Source of the DNA: an uncultured delta proteobacterium
Lineage (GTDB): Bacteria; Desulfobacterota; Desulfobacteria; Desulfobacterales; SG8-13
Assembly (NCBI GenBank): GCA_963848135.1
Contig: CAWKCK010000009.1
Coordinates: 1 to 64,000, forward strand
Length of the DNA: 64,000 bases
Reading direction: 5' to 3'
Shown: in pieces, positions 20,872 through 32,219 of the stretch
Numbering within the stretch: the first letter of the stretch is position 1
Layout of the letters: every line of letters starts with the position of its first letter
The notes under the pieces: model-generated
Told to the model about the DNA's origin: nothing
What the model saw: the letters and a program-made list of their open reading frames with translations, nothing else
Database searches by the model: none
Made by a program: the position numbers and the translations under genes

Positions 20872-20981
20872 TATACACCCCCCACGCCTTTGGACCTTTT
20901 TCCCGGTGCTTTCACAGAGGGTGAAAGTCGGAGAAAGGGTAGAAAAGGGCGGCGGAAAAACCATTCAGAAGGGAGTTTGAA
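20872..20981 (+). promoter_or_regulatory. rpsB 5' leader (probable S2 autoregulatory structure)
   Basis: Structured leader (cctttt...aaaaggg and ctttcac/gtgaaag stems) directly before rpsB. Confidence 0.45.
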
Positions 20982-21884
20982 ATGGCTTACGTAACGATGA
21001 AAGAACTATTGGAGGCCGGTGTCCATTTCGGTCATCAGACCAAAAGGTGGAACCCCAAGATGAAACCCTATATCTTCGGGGCCAGAAATGGCATCTATAT
21101 CGTCGATTTGCAAAAGACCGTCCGGATGTTCAAAACGGCTTATGATTTTATTGTCGATACAGCCGCCAATGGAAAATCCGTCCTGTTTGTCGGTACCAAG
21201 AAGCAGGCGCGGGAATCAATATATGAAGAAGCCAATCGGTGTGAGATGTTTTACGTGCACAATCGCTGGTTGGGAGGAATGCTGACCAATTTTCAGACGA
21301 TTAAACAGAGTATCGACCGTCTCAACTATCTGAACGAAATTATGAATGACGGTTCGATAAATCTTTTCCCCAAGAAGGAGAGGTTGAAGCTCGAGAAAGA
21401 ACGCGTCAAACTGGATGCCAACCTCGGCGGTATCCGCAGCATGAACCAGGTCCCCGGGGCCATTTTCATCATCGATCCCAAAAACGAAGCGATTGCCGTG
21501 CGGGAAGGCAAGCGGTTGGGTATTCCGATTGTCGCGATTGTGGACACCAACTGCGATCCGGATGATATTGATTACATTATTCCGGGCAACGATGACGCTA
21601 TTCGAGCCATTCGGCTGCTTACGTCACGGATAGCCAACGCCTGTATTGAAGGCAAAGAGCGCCTGGTTGAACGGCGTCAGGCTGAAGCCGATAAGGAAGT
21701 TGACGAAACTGCTGATGCATCGGCTGCGGGTGCCGACCTCAAACCCGGAGAACGAAAGGTCATCTCCGACGGGTCTGAAGGCCCCGTGGTAGAAATCATC
21801 CGAAGATCAACGACCCCGGCGGTAGAAGACGCCGAGACCCCCCCCACAGCAGAAACGACCCAACCGGAAGATACAGGAGAGTAG
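20982..21884 (+). CDS. rpsB: 30S ribosomal protein S2
   Basis: [36 protein letters not shown]. Confidence 0.98.
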   Translation: MAYVTMKELLEAGVHFGHQTKRWNPKMKPYIFGARNGIYIVDLQKTVRMFKTAYDFIVDTAANGKSVLFVGTKKQARESIYEEANRCEMFYVHNRWLGGMLTNFQTIKQSIDRLNYLNEIMNDGSINLFPKKERLKLEKERVKLDANLGGIRSMNQVPGAIFIIDPKNEAIAVREGKRLGIPIVAIVDTNCDPDDIDYIIPGNDDAIRAIRLLTSRIANACIEGKERLVERRQAEADKEVDETADASAAGADLKPGERKVISDGSEGPVVEIIRRSTTPAVEDAETPPTAETTQPEDTGE

Positions 21885-21887
21885 AAT

Positions 21888-22487
21888 ATGGTTACGATCA
21901 GTGCGGATCTCGTCAAACAACTCAGGGAAAAAACCGGCGCCGGCATAATGGACTGCAAGACAGCCCTTGCAGACAACAGCGGTGACATGGAAAAGGCAAT
22001 CGAGTTCCTGCGTAAAAAAGGTCTGGCTACGGCGGCCAAGCGTGCCGGACGCGCCGTTTCAGAAGGCACGATCCAGTCCTACATTCACATGGGTGGCAAA
22101 CTGGGCGTCATGGTAGAAGTGGGCTGTGAAACTGATTTCGTGGCCAAGAATGAGGATTTTCAGGAGTTCGCGCGAAATATTGCCATGCATATTGCTGCAT
22201 CCAGCCCACTTGGAATCGTGCCTGAGGACATCCCGCAGGAGACAATCGATAAAGAAATGGAGATCTATAAAGCCCAGGCCAAAGAGACCGGAAAGCCGGA
22301 TAACATTCTGGAAAAAATTGCCCAGGGAAAACTGCAGAAGTTCATCAAAGAAAACTGCCTGATGGATCAGCCTTATGTGCGCAACCCGGATATAACGGTT
22401 GCCGACCTTTTGAATGAATTGATTGCTAAAATCGGGGAAAATATCACGATTAAGCGGTTTGCAAGATTCCAGGTCGGTGAATCATGA
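21888..22487 (+). CDS. tsf: Elongation factor Ts (short form)
   Basis: LREKTGAGIMDCK, CETDFVA. Confidence 0.97.
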   Translation: MVTISADLVKQLREKTGAGIMDCKTALADNSGDMEKAIEFLRKKGLATAAKRAGRAVSEGTIQSYIHMGGKLGVMVEVGCETDFVAKNEDFQEFARNIAMHIAASSPLGIVPEDIPQETIDKEMEIYKAQAKETGKPDNILEKIAQGKLQKFIKENCLMDQPYVRNPDITVADLLNELIAKIGENITIKRFARFQVGES

Positions 22488-22553
22488 TCAACCCGTGCCC
22501 CCAAATTTCTTGAACGGAACGCGCTGAATCTGCCAAGCACCGAGGAGCCTGTC

Positions 22554-23270
22554 ATGCCACAGCCCCAATACAAGAGAATCCTTCTGAAACTCAGCGGCGA
22601 AGCCCTCATGGGGGAGCAGGAATTTGGTATCGATCCCTTAATGATCAAATATGTGGCCGGTGAAATCCAATCGGTGTTTGATCTTGGGGTGCAGATTGCC
22701 ATCGTTGTCGGAGGGGGAAATATCTTTCGGGGGGTTGCCGCCAGCTCTTACGGTATGGATCGTGCTTCCGCCGATCGAATGGGGATGCTGGCCACTGTCA
22801 TTAATAGTCTGGCACTTCAGGATGCCCTTGAAAAAATCGGTATCCAGACCCGCACCCAAACGGCCATAACCATGCACGAAGTGGCCGAACCGTATATATT
22901 GCGTCGGGCCTTGCGACATCTCGAAAAGGGTCGCGTTGTCCTGTTCGGGGCCGGAACGGGGAACCCGTATTTTACTACCGATACTGCAGCTGTTTTACGG
23001 GCCCAGGAGATACATGCCGAGATCCTTCTCAAGGCCACCAAGGTCAACGGGCTTTACGATTCGGATCCGGTCGTAAATCAGCATGCCAAATTTCTGAAAT
23101 GCATCAAATATATGGAAGTCATCGAAAAACAGTTGAAGGTCATGGACATGACGGCCATATCGCTCGCCATGGACAACCAACTGCCATTGGCGGTGTTTAA
23201 CCTTAAAGAAAAAGGAAACATCAAGAAGGTCGTCTGCGGAGATGACGTAGGGACACGGATTTCCTGTTGA
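22554..23270 (+). CDS. pyrH: UMP kinase
   Basis: [25 protein letters not shown]. Confidence 0.97.
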   Translation: MPQPQYKRILLKLSGEALMGEQEFGIDPLMIKYVAGEIQSVFDLGVQIAIVVGGGNIFRGVAASSYGMDRASADRMGMLATVINSLALQDALEKIGIQTRTQTAITMHEVAEPYILRRALRHLEKGRVVLFGAGTGNPYFTTDTAAVLRAQEIHAEILLKATKVNGLYDSDPVVNQHAKFLKCIKYMEVIEKQLKVMDMTAISLAMDNQLPLAVFNLKEKGNIKKVVCGDDVGTRISC

Positions 23271-23341
23271 GGATGACATGTTTCTAATGTCGCAATTCCG
23301 CCAATGCGTATACACTTGACCCCTTAACCGCGGAGAAAAAA

Positions 23342-23899
23342 ATGATTGAAGACATATTCCAAGAGACGCGCGAAAGCATGGGCAAATCGGTTGACGCCCT
23401 CAATAGAGAATTCAAGCGGGTCAGGACCGGGCGGGCATCGCTGTCGATATTGGATGGCATTCGGGTTGACTACTACGGAACGCCGACACCCCTGAATCAA
23501 ATGGCGACTCTGGCGGTACCGGAAAGTCGACTGATTACCATCCAGCCTTGGGATGCATCCGTGATCAAGGAGACCGAAAAATCTATACTAAAATCCGACT
23601 TAGGACTGACCCCTTCGAGCGATGGTAAGATCATACGTATCGCCATTCCACCACTGACCGAGGAACGACGCAAAGAACTGGTCAAAGTGATCAACAAAAT
23701 GTGTGAGGATCACAAAATCGCGGTTCGAAACATCCGGCGGGATTCTAACGAAATGCTCAAAGACCTTAAAAAAGACAGCGAAATATCGGAAGACGAGGCC
23801 TTCAGGGCCCAAGATCAGATCCAGAAAATCACTGACGACTATATCAACATCATCGATGAGGTCACCAAAGATAAAGAAAAGGAGATTCTTGAATTCTAG
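23342..23899 (+). CDS. frr: Ribosome recycling factor
   Basis: RTGRAS, PPLTEERRKEL, VRNIRRD. Confidence 0.97.
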   Translation: MIEDIFQETRESMGKSVDALNREFKRVRTGRASLSILDGIRVDYYGTPTPLNQMATLAVPESRLITIQPWDASVIKETEKSILKSDLGLTPSSDGKIIRIAIPPLTEERRKELVKVINKMCEDHKIAVRNIRRDSNEMLKDLKKDSEISEDEAFRAQDQIQKITDDYINIIDEVTKDKEKEILEF

Positions 23900-24638
23900 T
23901 GCCGTCAATCCAGCCGCCAGCGGACTGAATCCAGATAAACTGCCGGAACACGTGGCTGTCATCATGGACGGCAATGGCCGATGGGCGAAAAAAAAACTAA
24001 TGAATCGGATCCAAGGCCATGAAAAAGGCGCCGAAACTGTCCGCACGATCGTGCGAACCAGCCGCGAGATCGGGATTTCCCACCTGACGCTATATGCGTT
24101 TTCAACGGAGAACTGGCAGCGGCCCAAAGCTGAAGTCTATGCATTGATGAAACTCCTGAAACACTTTCTGGTTTCAGAACAGAAAGAACTGATGGAGAAC
24201 AACATCCGCCTGAATGCCATAGGAGAGGTCGACCGCCTGGCAAACGATGTGAAGGCTGCACTGACTGAAACCATGAGCCTGACAGAGCGAAACGATGCCA
24301 TGACGCTCCACTTGGCATTGAGTTACGGCAGCCGATTCGAAATCGTCCGCATGGTCAAGTCACTTGTGTTAAAATCGCTCAACCAAAATTTGCAACCGGA
24401 AGATATAACGGAAGATCTTGTTGCCGAACACCTTTACACCGCGGGGATACCCGACCCGGATGTTCTAATCCGGACCAGCGGTGAGATGCGGATCAGTAAT
24501 TTTCTTCTCTGGCAGATAGCCTATACGGAATTATTTGTAACACCTACCCTGTGGCCTGATTTCAGTAAGGATGAGTTTATAGAGATACTTAGGAATTTCC
24601 AGCTGAGGGATCGCCGTTACGGAAAGATTGATCCGTAG
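23889..24638 (+). CDS. uppS: Undecaprenyl-diphosphate synthase (isoprenyl transferase)
   Basis: HVAVIMDGNGRWA, YAFSTENW, IRTSGEMRISNFLLWQ; TTG start after GGAG at 23881. Confidence 0.95.
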   Translation: MNSSAVNPAASGLNPDKLPEHVAVIMDGNGRWAKKKLMNRIQGHEKGAETVRTIVRTSREIGISHLTLYAFSTENWQRPKAEVYALMKLLKHFLVSEQKELMENNIRLNAIGEVDRLANDVKAALTETMSLTERNDAMTLHLALSYGSRFEIVRMVKSLVLKSLNQNLQPEDITEDLVAEHLYTAGIPDPDVLIRTSGEMRISNFLLWQIAYTELFVTPTLWPDFSKDEFIEILRNFQLRDRRYGKIDP

Positions 24639-24714
24639 CGCGACTTGCCCATGACCTGGATTGATATTGATATCCGGGCGCGACTCACACAACCCTTGAG
24701 GCATAATTCGTAAT

Positions 24715-25518
24715 ATGCATAAAAAGCGGTGGATAACCGGACTGGTCGCCTCACCATTTCTCATTTTCTTCATACAGCAGGGCGGCATATGGCTTTTTAT
24801 GCTCGTGGTTGCAGCCGCAGAGCTCGGGCTGTGGGAGTATTATCGAATCATACAGGGAGAAGATGAAAAGATTGTCTCGGGTCTTCCCATCATCGGTTTT
24901 TGTTCCGTTGCACTGGTCCTTTATGCGGCTTACAGGAACGCCCCTGATCTCGTAGCAACTGCTTTGGCTTTTAACCTATTGACCTGCGCCCTGTTGGTCG
25001 TTCTACGGTTTGGTACCGCGCCGAATATGATCAAAGCCTTGACCAAACAAGTTCTTGGGGTCACATATATTCCTTTCTTTCTCGCATTCTTGCTCCTTAT
25101 TCGTAATAGTACTGACGGTATCATATGGGTCTATTTTCTCCTCGCGATCGTCTTCGCCGGGGATATCAGCGCATTGTATGTCGGTTCAGCCATCGGTCGC
25201 CACAAATTAAGTCCGGCGGTAAGCCCGGGCAAGACTATAGAGGGATCGCTGGGTGGCCTGGCGGCCAATTTAGTGGTTGGTTGCCTGATCAAACTCATCT
25301 TTTTACCGGCACTTAACTGGCCTCAAACGCTCTTGTTCTGCCTGATGATCGGTGCCGCCGGACAGCTCGGGGATCTTTTCGAGTCCGTACTTAAACGATC
25401 GTCGCAGGTTAAGGATTCAGGCGGATTGCTGCCGGGTCATGGCGGTATCCTGGACCGTATCGACGCGCTTCTGTTTGCAGCGCCTATTGCCTATTTATTC
25501 AAAATACATATATTTTAG
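24715..25518 (+). CDS. cdsA: Phosphatidate cytidylyltransferase
   Basis: SPGKTIEG, GDLFESVLKR, KDSG..LPGHGGILDRID. Confidence 0.95.
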   Translation: MHKKRWITGLVASPFLIFFIQQGGIWLFMLVVAAAELGLWEYYRIIQGEDEKIVSGLPIIGFCSVALVLYAAYRNAPDLVATALAFNLLTCALLVVLRFGTAPNMIKALTKQVLGVTYIPFFLAFLLLIRNSTDGIIWVYFLLAIVFAGDISALYVGSAIGRHKLSPAVSPGKTIEGSLGGLAANLVVGCLIKLIFLPALNWPQTLLFCLMIGAAGQLGDLFESVLKRSSQVKDSGGLLPGHGGILDRIDALLFAAPIAYLFKIHIF

Positions 25519-25590
25519 GCTTTGCATAATTCCAGGATTGGTCGCGACGGAGACGTTGATGCATCAATTATCTATAATGGACAGCCATTC

Positions 25591-26757
25591 ATGAAACGTC
25601 TGAGTATCCTCGGTTCGACAGGATCGATCGGTCGGAACACCCTTGAAGTTGTGGCCCGTTTTCCGGAAAGATATTCGGTTGCGGCCTTGGCGGCAAAATC
25701 CAATCTTACGTTGTTATGCGAGCAAATCAGGCGGTTCAAACCTGAACTGGCTGTCGTATATGACGAAAAGTTGGCCGCCGAGATAAAGAATATGCTGCCG
25801 GGCGGCGAGATGCCACGGATTCTCTTTGGCACGGATGGCTACCGGTCGGCCGCTGCCTTGGCTTCTGCAGACATGGTCGTTACGGCCATGGTCGGCGCCG
25901 CCGGTGTTCTGCCAACCCTTGCGGCGATCGATGCCGGACATGACATCGCCCTGGCCAATAAAGAGACCCTTGTGGTGGCCGGTGAAATCGTGATGCGAAA
26001 AGCTGCCGCCCAAAAGATCAACATCATACCGGTGGATAGCGAACACAGCGCCATCTTTCAATGTCTCGCTGGCAACCGGCCTCAGGATGTGGCCAAAATC
26101 ATCCTGACCGCTTCCGGCGGTCCGTTTGTAAATACTTCGGCCGATGCTATGGCTGGTATTACTCCCGAGGCGGCTTTAAACCACCCCAATTGGCAGATGG
26201 GGCCAAAGATCACCATCGATTCAGCCACGCTGATGAACAAGGGACTCGAGGTCATCGAGGCCAAATGGCTTTTCGGCGTCTCCCTGTCACAGGTGGAGGT
26301 CGTGGTCCATCCGCAAAGCATTATTCATTCCATGGTCGCTTACCGGGACGGTTCTGTTCTTGCACAATTGGGCATTCCGGACATGAAGGGCGCCATCGCC
26401 TATGCCTTGTCCCATCCGGAACGGTTACCGCTCGGGCAGCCACTACCGGATTTCACCGGGAGCGTTGGAATCGGTGGGTTGACCTTTCAGGCACCGGACA
26501 AAGAAAAATTTCCCTGCCTGGAACTGGCATACGGAGCGGCAAAAACCGGAGGGACAATGCCGGCTGTCATGAATGCCGCCAACGAAATTGCGGTGGCGGC
26601 CTTTCTTGATCACAAGATTTCATTCACACAGATACCGGAAATCATCCGCGGTGTCATGGATGCCCACCGGGTCACAGCCAAGCCTGACATAGAGGCGTTG
26701 ATTGAGGCCGACCGGTGGTCACGAGCAACAACATTAAAACAGATGAACGTCGATTAA
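25591..26757 (+). CDS. dxr: 1-deoxy-D-xylulose-5-phosphate reductoisomerase
   Basis: ILGSTGSIG, LANKE, PVDSEH, HPNWQMGPKITIDSAT. Confidence 0.97.
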   Translation: MKRLSILGSTGSIGRNTLEVVARFPERYSVAALAAKSNLTLLCEQIRRFKPELAVVYDEKLAAEIKNMLPGGEMPRILFGTDGYRSAAALASADMVVTAMVGAAGVLPTLAAIDAGHDIALANKETLVVAGEIVMRKAAAQKINIIPVDSEHSAIFQCLAGNRPQDVAKIILTASGGPFVNTSADAMAGITPEAALNHPNWQMGPKITIDSATLMNKGLEVIEAKWLFGVSLSQVEVVVHPQSIIHSMVAYRDGSVLAQLGIPDMKGAIAYALSHPERLPLGQPLPDFTGSVGIGGLTFQAPDKEKFPCLELAYGAAKTGGTMPAVMNAANEIAVAAFLDHKISFTQIPEIIRGVMDAHRVTAKPDIEALIEADRWSRATTLKQMNVD

Positions 26758-26769
26758 GAGAAGATCCCC

Positions 26770-27840
26770 ATGGGTACAAATATCTTTGCATTTATTATTG
26801 TTCTTGGTGTCCTCATCTTCTTTCATGAATTGGGCCATTTCCTGGTTGCCCGGTTTTTTGGTGTGGGGGTGGAAAAGTTTTCACTTGGATTTGGGCCCAA
26901 GATTTTCGGAAAAAAGGTCGGAATCACCGACTATCGTGTCTCCGCCATTCCCCTCGGTGGGTATGTCAAAATGGTGGGTGAAGAACCGGATGCCGAGGTC
27001 GAACCCGATCAAGTTGCCCTCTCATTTACCCATAAGCACGTTCTCAAGCGGATTCTTATCGTTGCCGCCGGCCCTGTTTTCAACGTTTTACTGGCTGTTC
27101 TGATATTTTACGGAATATTTCAGATTTCCGGAACGATCATTCTCAAGCCGATCATTGGCGATGTCCAGGACGGCACACCGGCACAAGCGGCCGGTTTGAA
27201 AAAGGGCGATGATATCATCGACATAAACGGCCGACCGGTGGAGAGTTGGGACCAGATGGCCGGAGTCATTGCCGACAGCAAAGGATCCCCGCTCGAGGTA
27301 ACGGTCCGCAGTGATGGAACGCGCCGGACCGTGCAAGTGGCCCCGGTTCTGAAGACAACCAAGAATATTTTTGGCGAGGACATACCCCGCTATGTGATCG
27401 GCATTACGGCTGCCGGTGAAACCTACACCCAAAAGCTCAGCCCTTTCGGGGCTATCAAAGAAAGTGTGATTCAGACATATAATATCGTAGAGTTAACGGT
27501 TGTCAGTGTCGCTAAAATCATCCAGGGAACCGTGTCGACCAAGACTATCGGTGGTCCGATCATGATTGCCGAGCTGGCCGGGCAGCAGGCCAAACTTGGC
27601 GCGATGAATCTTTTGTTCTTCATTGCACTGATTAGTGTCAATCTGGCCATACTCAATATTCTTCCGATACCGGTACTGGACGGCGGGCACCTCTTATTTT
27701 TTACGATTGAGCTGATCATCGGCAGGCCGGTTAGCATACGAATTCGTGAGGTCTCTCAGCAGGCCGGTATGTTTGTGTTGATCCTGTTGATGATTTTTGT
27801 GTTCTATAACGATATCACCAGAATATTCTCTGGTCAGTAG
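26770..27840 (+). CDS. rseP: RIP metalloprotease RseP
   Basis: HELGH, PDZ domain, NILPIPVLDGG. Confidence 0.95.
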   Translation: MGTNIFAFIIVLGVLIFFHELGHFLVARFFGVGVEKFSLGFGPKIFGKKVGITDYRVSAIPLGGYVKMVGEEPDAEVEPDQVALSFTHKHVLKRILIVAAGPVFNVLLAVLIFYGIFQISGTIILKPIIGDVQDGTPAQAAGLKKGDDIIDINGRPVESWDQMAGVIADSKGSPLEVTVRSDGTRRTVQVAPVLKTTKNIFGEDIPRYVIGITAAGETYTQKLSPFGAIKESVIQTYNIVELTVVSVAKIIQGTVSTKTIGGPIMIAELAGQQAKLGAMNLLFFIALISVNLAILNILPIPVLDGGHLLFFTIELIIGRPVSIRIREVSQQAGMFVLILLMIFVFYNDITRIFSGQ

Positions 27841-27920
27841 AGGTTTCTGGTGCCCGGTCAATCGTTGCGACAGCATCTCTTTTTCAATCAATCCAAAAAT
27901 TAGACAACTGAGCAATCGCT

Positions 27921-30917
27921 ATGCCACACCGACTCGAAATTGCCCTGAAGCCGCACCTGGTTGATGCAGAAGGTGAGGGGGTCAAACACAAAGCGCTGAA
28001 TTATTTCAATATAAAGGTAGAAGATGTTCGCACCGTGAATGTGTTGACCTTAGATTTACACCTTTCCCCGGTCCAGTTGAACAAAATACGAGCTGAGATT
28101 TTTACCAACCCTGTCATTCAAGTGTCTTCCTATGAACCGCTGCCGGTTGACTTCGACTGGATAATCTGGGTCGGTTTTCGCCCCGGTGTGCGCGATAATC
28201 CGGGCAGTACCGCTCGGGAAGCGATTGAAGACCTATTCGGACAAACGCTACCAGAGAACGCTGCCATTTACACGTCAAAGAGATACTGCCTCAAAGGCCC
28301 CGCATTGACGGCAGACGACGTGGACGCTATTGCCGGCGAGCTTCTGGCCAACGGTATCATTCAGCAGTGGAAAATATATTCGAAAAGCGACTGGGATCCC
28401 AAGATCGGTGTTGGTTTCATCGTGCCCAAAGTCAGGTTGAATCATACCCCGACGGTCACAACGATTTCTATAGACAGTGATTCGTCGCTTAAACGGATCA
28501 GCACCGAACGTAATCTGGCACTAAATCCCAATGACATACCGATCGTCCGAGACTATTTCCTGCAGCCTGAGATTAAAGCCGCACGGGCAGCTGCAGGACT
28601 TTCAGATCCAACCGATATCGAGCTGGAGTATATATCCCAGGCGCGCAGTGACCACTGCAACCACAACACTTTCAGGGGGATGTTCGATTACGTTGACCTG
28701 GACACGGGTGAAGCGCGCGCGGTCGACAACCTGTTTAAAACCTTCATCGAGGCGCCGACACTCGCTTTACAAAAGCAGAAGCCCTGGGTGGTATCGGTTC
28801 TCTGGGACAATGCCGGTGCTGGTCGATTCGATGCCGATCATTTTTACACCATCACCGGTGAAACCCACAATTCCCCTTCCAACATGGAAGCGTACGGTGG
28901 TGCTATCACCGGTATCGTCGGTGTTTACCGGGATCCCATGGGCACGGGCAAGGGATCCCGGCTGGTCATGGGTGGTTTCGGGTATTGCGTGGGGCCGAGA
29001 GATTATCGTGGTAACCTCAGACCGCACTTGCACCCCAAGCGATTGTTGGACGGGGTCATCGAGGGGGTGCGGGACGGCGGAAACAAATCCGGGATCCCGA
29101 CCACCGTCGGACAAGTGCTCTTCGACCGTGGATATCTGGGTAAATGCCTGGTCTTCGTAACGGCCGTGGGAATCATGCCGACACATATCGCGGGAATGCC
29201 AGCCGAACAAAAAAGGACGGCTCCGGGAGAGTTGGTGATCATGTGCGGCGGACGGGTCGGAAAGGACGGTATCCATGGCGTAACGGCCTCGTCGGAGACG
29301 TATTCGGAAAATACACCCTCCGGACACGTTCAGATCGGTGACCCATACACACAGAAAAAAATGCATGACTTTCTGCTGGAAGCGCGGGATCAGGGTTTGA
29401 TACAATTTATCACCGACAACGGCGGGGGGGGGCTATCATCCTCAGTTGGCGAGTCGGCCCTTTTTTCCAATGGATGTGAAATCGAACTGGATAAGGTCCC
29501 ATTGAAATACGAAGGCCTCGATCAATGGGAAATATGGGTATCTGAATCTCAGGAGCGGATGACGGTAGCGGTGCTCCCTGAAAACCTGGCCGCCTTTATG
29601 GCGCTGTCCACCAGGCATGCTGTCGAAAGCACGGTCATTGGCCGGTATACCGATACCGGCAAGCTTCATATCACCTACAACGGAAAGACTTGCGCCTTCG
29701 TCGATCTCAGCCTACTCGAATCCGGTTTCCCCCAGTGGCGGTTCGATGCCCATTGGCAATCAGCCGAAAAGCGCGGATTGTTTGAACCGGTACTCAAGGA
29801 ACCCACCGACGTCGAGCGGCTCCTGCTTGACATGTTGGGGCGTCCCAACATTTGTTCCAAAGAATGGGTATTCCGCCAGTACGATCACGAAGTACAGGGG
29901 GGAAGCGTTATAAAACCGCTCGTCGGCAAAGAGCGGGATGTCGGCAGCGATGCATCGGTAACCCGGCCGGTGTTAACCTCTGAAAGAGGATTGGCCATGG
30001 CCCAAGCGCTACTGCCGTCATATTCTTCCATCGATGCCTATCACATGACGGCCTGTACAATCGATGAGGCGGTGCGTCGCCTGCTGTCGGTCGGCGCCCG
30101 TTTGGAACACATTGGTGGGGTCGACAATTTCTGCTGGCCCAATATTCAATACGATCCGGTTCTCAACCCTGATGGACGTTTTAAAGCGGCGCAACTTGTA
30201 CGCGCCTGCAGCGCTCTAAAGGATATGTGCCTTGGTTATGGTATTCCTTTGTTGTCCGGTAAAGACAGCATGTATGTCGACGGCCACCTGCCGGGTCGTT
30301 ATGGAGAGGTTCACAAGGTATCCGCGTCAGAAACCATGCAGTTTACAACGATCGGCGTGATCGATGATGTGTCCAAATGTGTGACCATGGAAAGTAAGGT
30401 GCCCGGTGACCTGGTATACGTCCTGGGAGTTACCCGCGATGAGCTCGGTGCATCGGAATACTACGCGCAACTTGGCTATATCGGATTGAATGTGCCAGTG
30501 GTGGACGTGGAGGAATTCAAAAAAGTATACCAGGCCTTGGAACATGCGGTCGATAAGGAGCTAACCGCTTCGATTCATGGAATTTACCGGGGAGGGGCCG
30601 GTATCCATCTGGCCCTGGTTGCCATGGCCGGCAATCTTGGGCTGCAGGCGGAATTGGCTTTGCTGCCTTGCGAAGGGATCAAACGCAATGACACGGTTCT
30701 TTTTTCAGAAACTGCCGGCCGGTTTATCGTCACGGTTGACCCGGTGCGGCGTGACGCATTTGAGGCGCTTTTCAAAAATCTGCCATGCGTCTGTGTGGGG
30801 CAGATTATCGAGAAACCAGTATTCACCCTTAAGGGATTGGACAACCGGGTCATCGTGTCGCTGCCGGTTTCGGATCTGAAGGCGGCCTGGAAAAAACCTT
30901 TCGGCGACCTGATTTAA
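27921..30917 (+). CDS. purL: Phosphoribosylformylglycinamidine synthase, PurL subunit
   Basis: SDHCNH, ETHNSPS, DNGGGG, SESQERM, QYDHEV, SGKDS. Confidence 0.93.
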   Translation: MPHRLEIALKPHLVDAEGEGVKHKALNYFNIKVEDVRTVNVLTLDLHLSPVQLNKIRAEIFTNPVIQVSSYEPLPVDFDWIIWVGFRPGVRDNPGSTAREAIEDLFGQTLPENAAIYTSKRYCLKGPALTADDVDAIAGELLANGIIQQWKIYSKSDWDPKIGVGFIVPKVRLNHTPTVTTISIDSDSSLKRISTERNLALNPNDIPIVRDYFLQPEIKAARAAAGLSDPTDIELEYISQARSDHCNHNTFRGMFDYVDLDTGEARAVDNLFKTFIEAPTLALQKQKPWVVSVLWDNAGAGRFDADHFYTITGETHNSPSNMEAYGGAITGIVGVYRDPMGTGKGSRLVMGGFGYCVGPRDYRGNLRPHLHPKRLLDGVIEGVRDGGNKSGIPTTVGQVLFDRGYLGKCLVFVTAVGIMPTHIAGMPAEQKRTAPGELVIMCGGRVGKDGIHGVTASSETYSENTPSGHVQIGDPYTQKKMHDFLLEARDQGLIQFITDNGGGGLSSSVGESALFSNGCEIELDKVPLKYEGLDQWEIWVSESQERMTVAVLPENLAAFMALSTRHAVESTVIGRYTDTGKLHITYNGKTCAFVDLSLLESGFPQWRFDAHWQSAEKRGLFEPVLKEPTDVERLLLDMLGRPNICSKEWVFRQYDHEVQGGSVIKPLVGKERDVGSDASVTRPVLTSERGLAMAQALLPSYSSIDAYHMTACTIDEAVRRLLSVGARLEHIGGVDNFCWPNIQYDPVLNPDGRFKAAQLVRACSALKDMCLGYGIPLLSGKDSMYVDGHLPGRYGEVHKVSASETMQFTTIGVIDDVSKCVTMESKVPGDLVYVLGVTRDELGASEYYAQLGYIGLNVPVVDVEEFKKVYQALEHAVDKELTASIHGIYRGGAGIHLALVAMAGNLGLQAELALLPCEGIKRNDTVLFSETAGRFIVTVDPVRRDAFEALFKNLPCVCVGQIIEKPVFTLKGLDNRVIVSLPVSDLKAAWKKPFGDLI

Positions 30918-30991
30918 CCGCCTTGTTTCATGGCCATTTTTCGGCAGAAATGAACGCAAAAGAGATATTTTCCCATATAACTGGAGACTGA

Positions 30992-31816
30992 ATGAACACG
31001 GTAAACGCACTGGTTCTCACCGGTTACGGATTGAACTGTGACACGGAAACCGCCCATGCCTTCGAATTGGCGGGTGCATCACCCACCAGGGTCCACATAA
31101 ACTCCCTGATTGACGGCAGTGCGAAACTCGCTGACTACGATATTCTGGCCTTCGTCGGCGGTTTCAGCTGGGGGGATGACCACGGTGCTGGAGTCATACA
31201 GGCCGTGCGCCTCAAGACCAACATCGGAGACCAGATTCTCGATTTCGTTGACAAAGGCAATCTCGTGCTGGGGATTTGCAATGGATTCCAGGCGCTGGTG
31301 AACCTGGGGTTACTGCCCGGGTTCGATCAAGATTATATCAGCCGCTCGGTTGCATTGACTTTCAACGATTGTGGAAATTTCCGCGATGACTGGGTGGCAC
31401 TGGCTGTCAATGCGGACTCTCCCTGTGTTTTTACCCGTGGGATTGACCGGATCGAACTCCCGGTGAGACACGGTGAAGGTAAATTCTACGCTGAAACCGA
31501 TAGTATTGAGCGACTCATCATGCAGAACCAGGTGGTACTGCGCTACGCCGTGCCGGATGGCCAACCGGCTGATTTGCGGTTTCCTTTCAACCCCAACGGT
31601 TCCGTGGAAGATATTGCTGGAATTTGTGATCCGACCGGTCGCGTATTCGGTCTCATGCCGCACCCGGAAGCCTATAATCATTACACCAACCACCCTGACT
31701 GGGCCCGACAAAAAGAGATTTCGAAAAGAAATAACCAGGCAAACACGCTAAAACTCAGAATAACGCCGGGCCTAAAGATTTTCTCAAACGCGGTCGATTT
31801 CATCAATCACAGATGA
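30992..31816 (+). CDS. purQ: FGAM synthase glutaminase subunit
   Basis: GLNCD, GGFSWGD, GICNGFQ, HGEG, MPHPE. Confidence 0.95.
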   Translation: MNTVNALVLTGYGLNCDTETAHAFELAGASPTRVHINSLIDGSAKLADYDILAFVGGFSWGDDHGAGVIQAVRLKTNIGDQILDFVDKGNLVLGICNGFQALVNLGLLPGFDQDYISRSVALTFNDCGNFRDDWVALAVNADSPCVFTRGIDRIELPVRHGEGKFYAETDSIERLIMQNQVVLRYAVPDGQPADLRFPFNPNGSVEDIAGICDPTGRVFGLMPHPEAYNHYTNHPDWARQKEISKRNNQANTLKLRITPGLKIFSNAVDFINHR

Positions 31817-31971
31817 TCGACCCGTTACTTTATCCTTCCCCACATATTGTACAATTAAATCTCTCTACTTGAGAATCTCTTCTCCGTTCCCGGTTGATGA
31901 AAACTCTCCGATGGCCCATGCATTACGTATAGATATAAAAGCCATCCAAAGGGGCAGGGCCTCTATTTCAA

Positions 31972-32020
31972 ATATACTGCAAGGAAAAAATAAATTCCGA
32001 GATACGGAAGGGTGGTATAG
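31972..32020 (+). repeat. 49-bp REP-like palindrome, copy 3
   Basis: atatactgcaaggaaaaaataaattccgagatacggaagggtggtatag. Confidence 0.65.
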
Positions 32021-32219
32021 TATTCATCGGTAAACCTCCAGCTTTGCTGGGGAGGCTCCCTAAGTTTGACAGTTCCGGGAGTTAATAGCGACCGGAGACG
32101 ATGATTATTATCTAAATTTAAAAACAGATAGAAAATGAGCATTGTAAGGAGATTTTTAACGCCGTATTGTCAAGCGCGATAGTTTTTTAACAACCTGTTA
32201 AGACAATGGAGGCGAATAA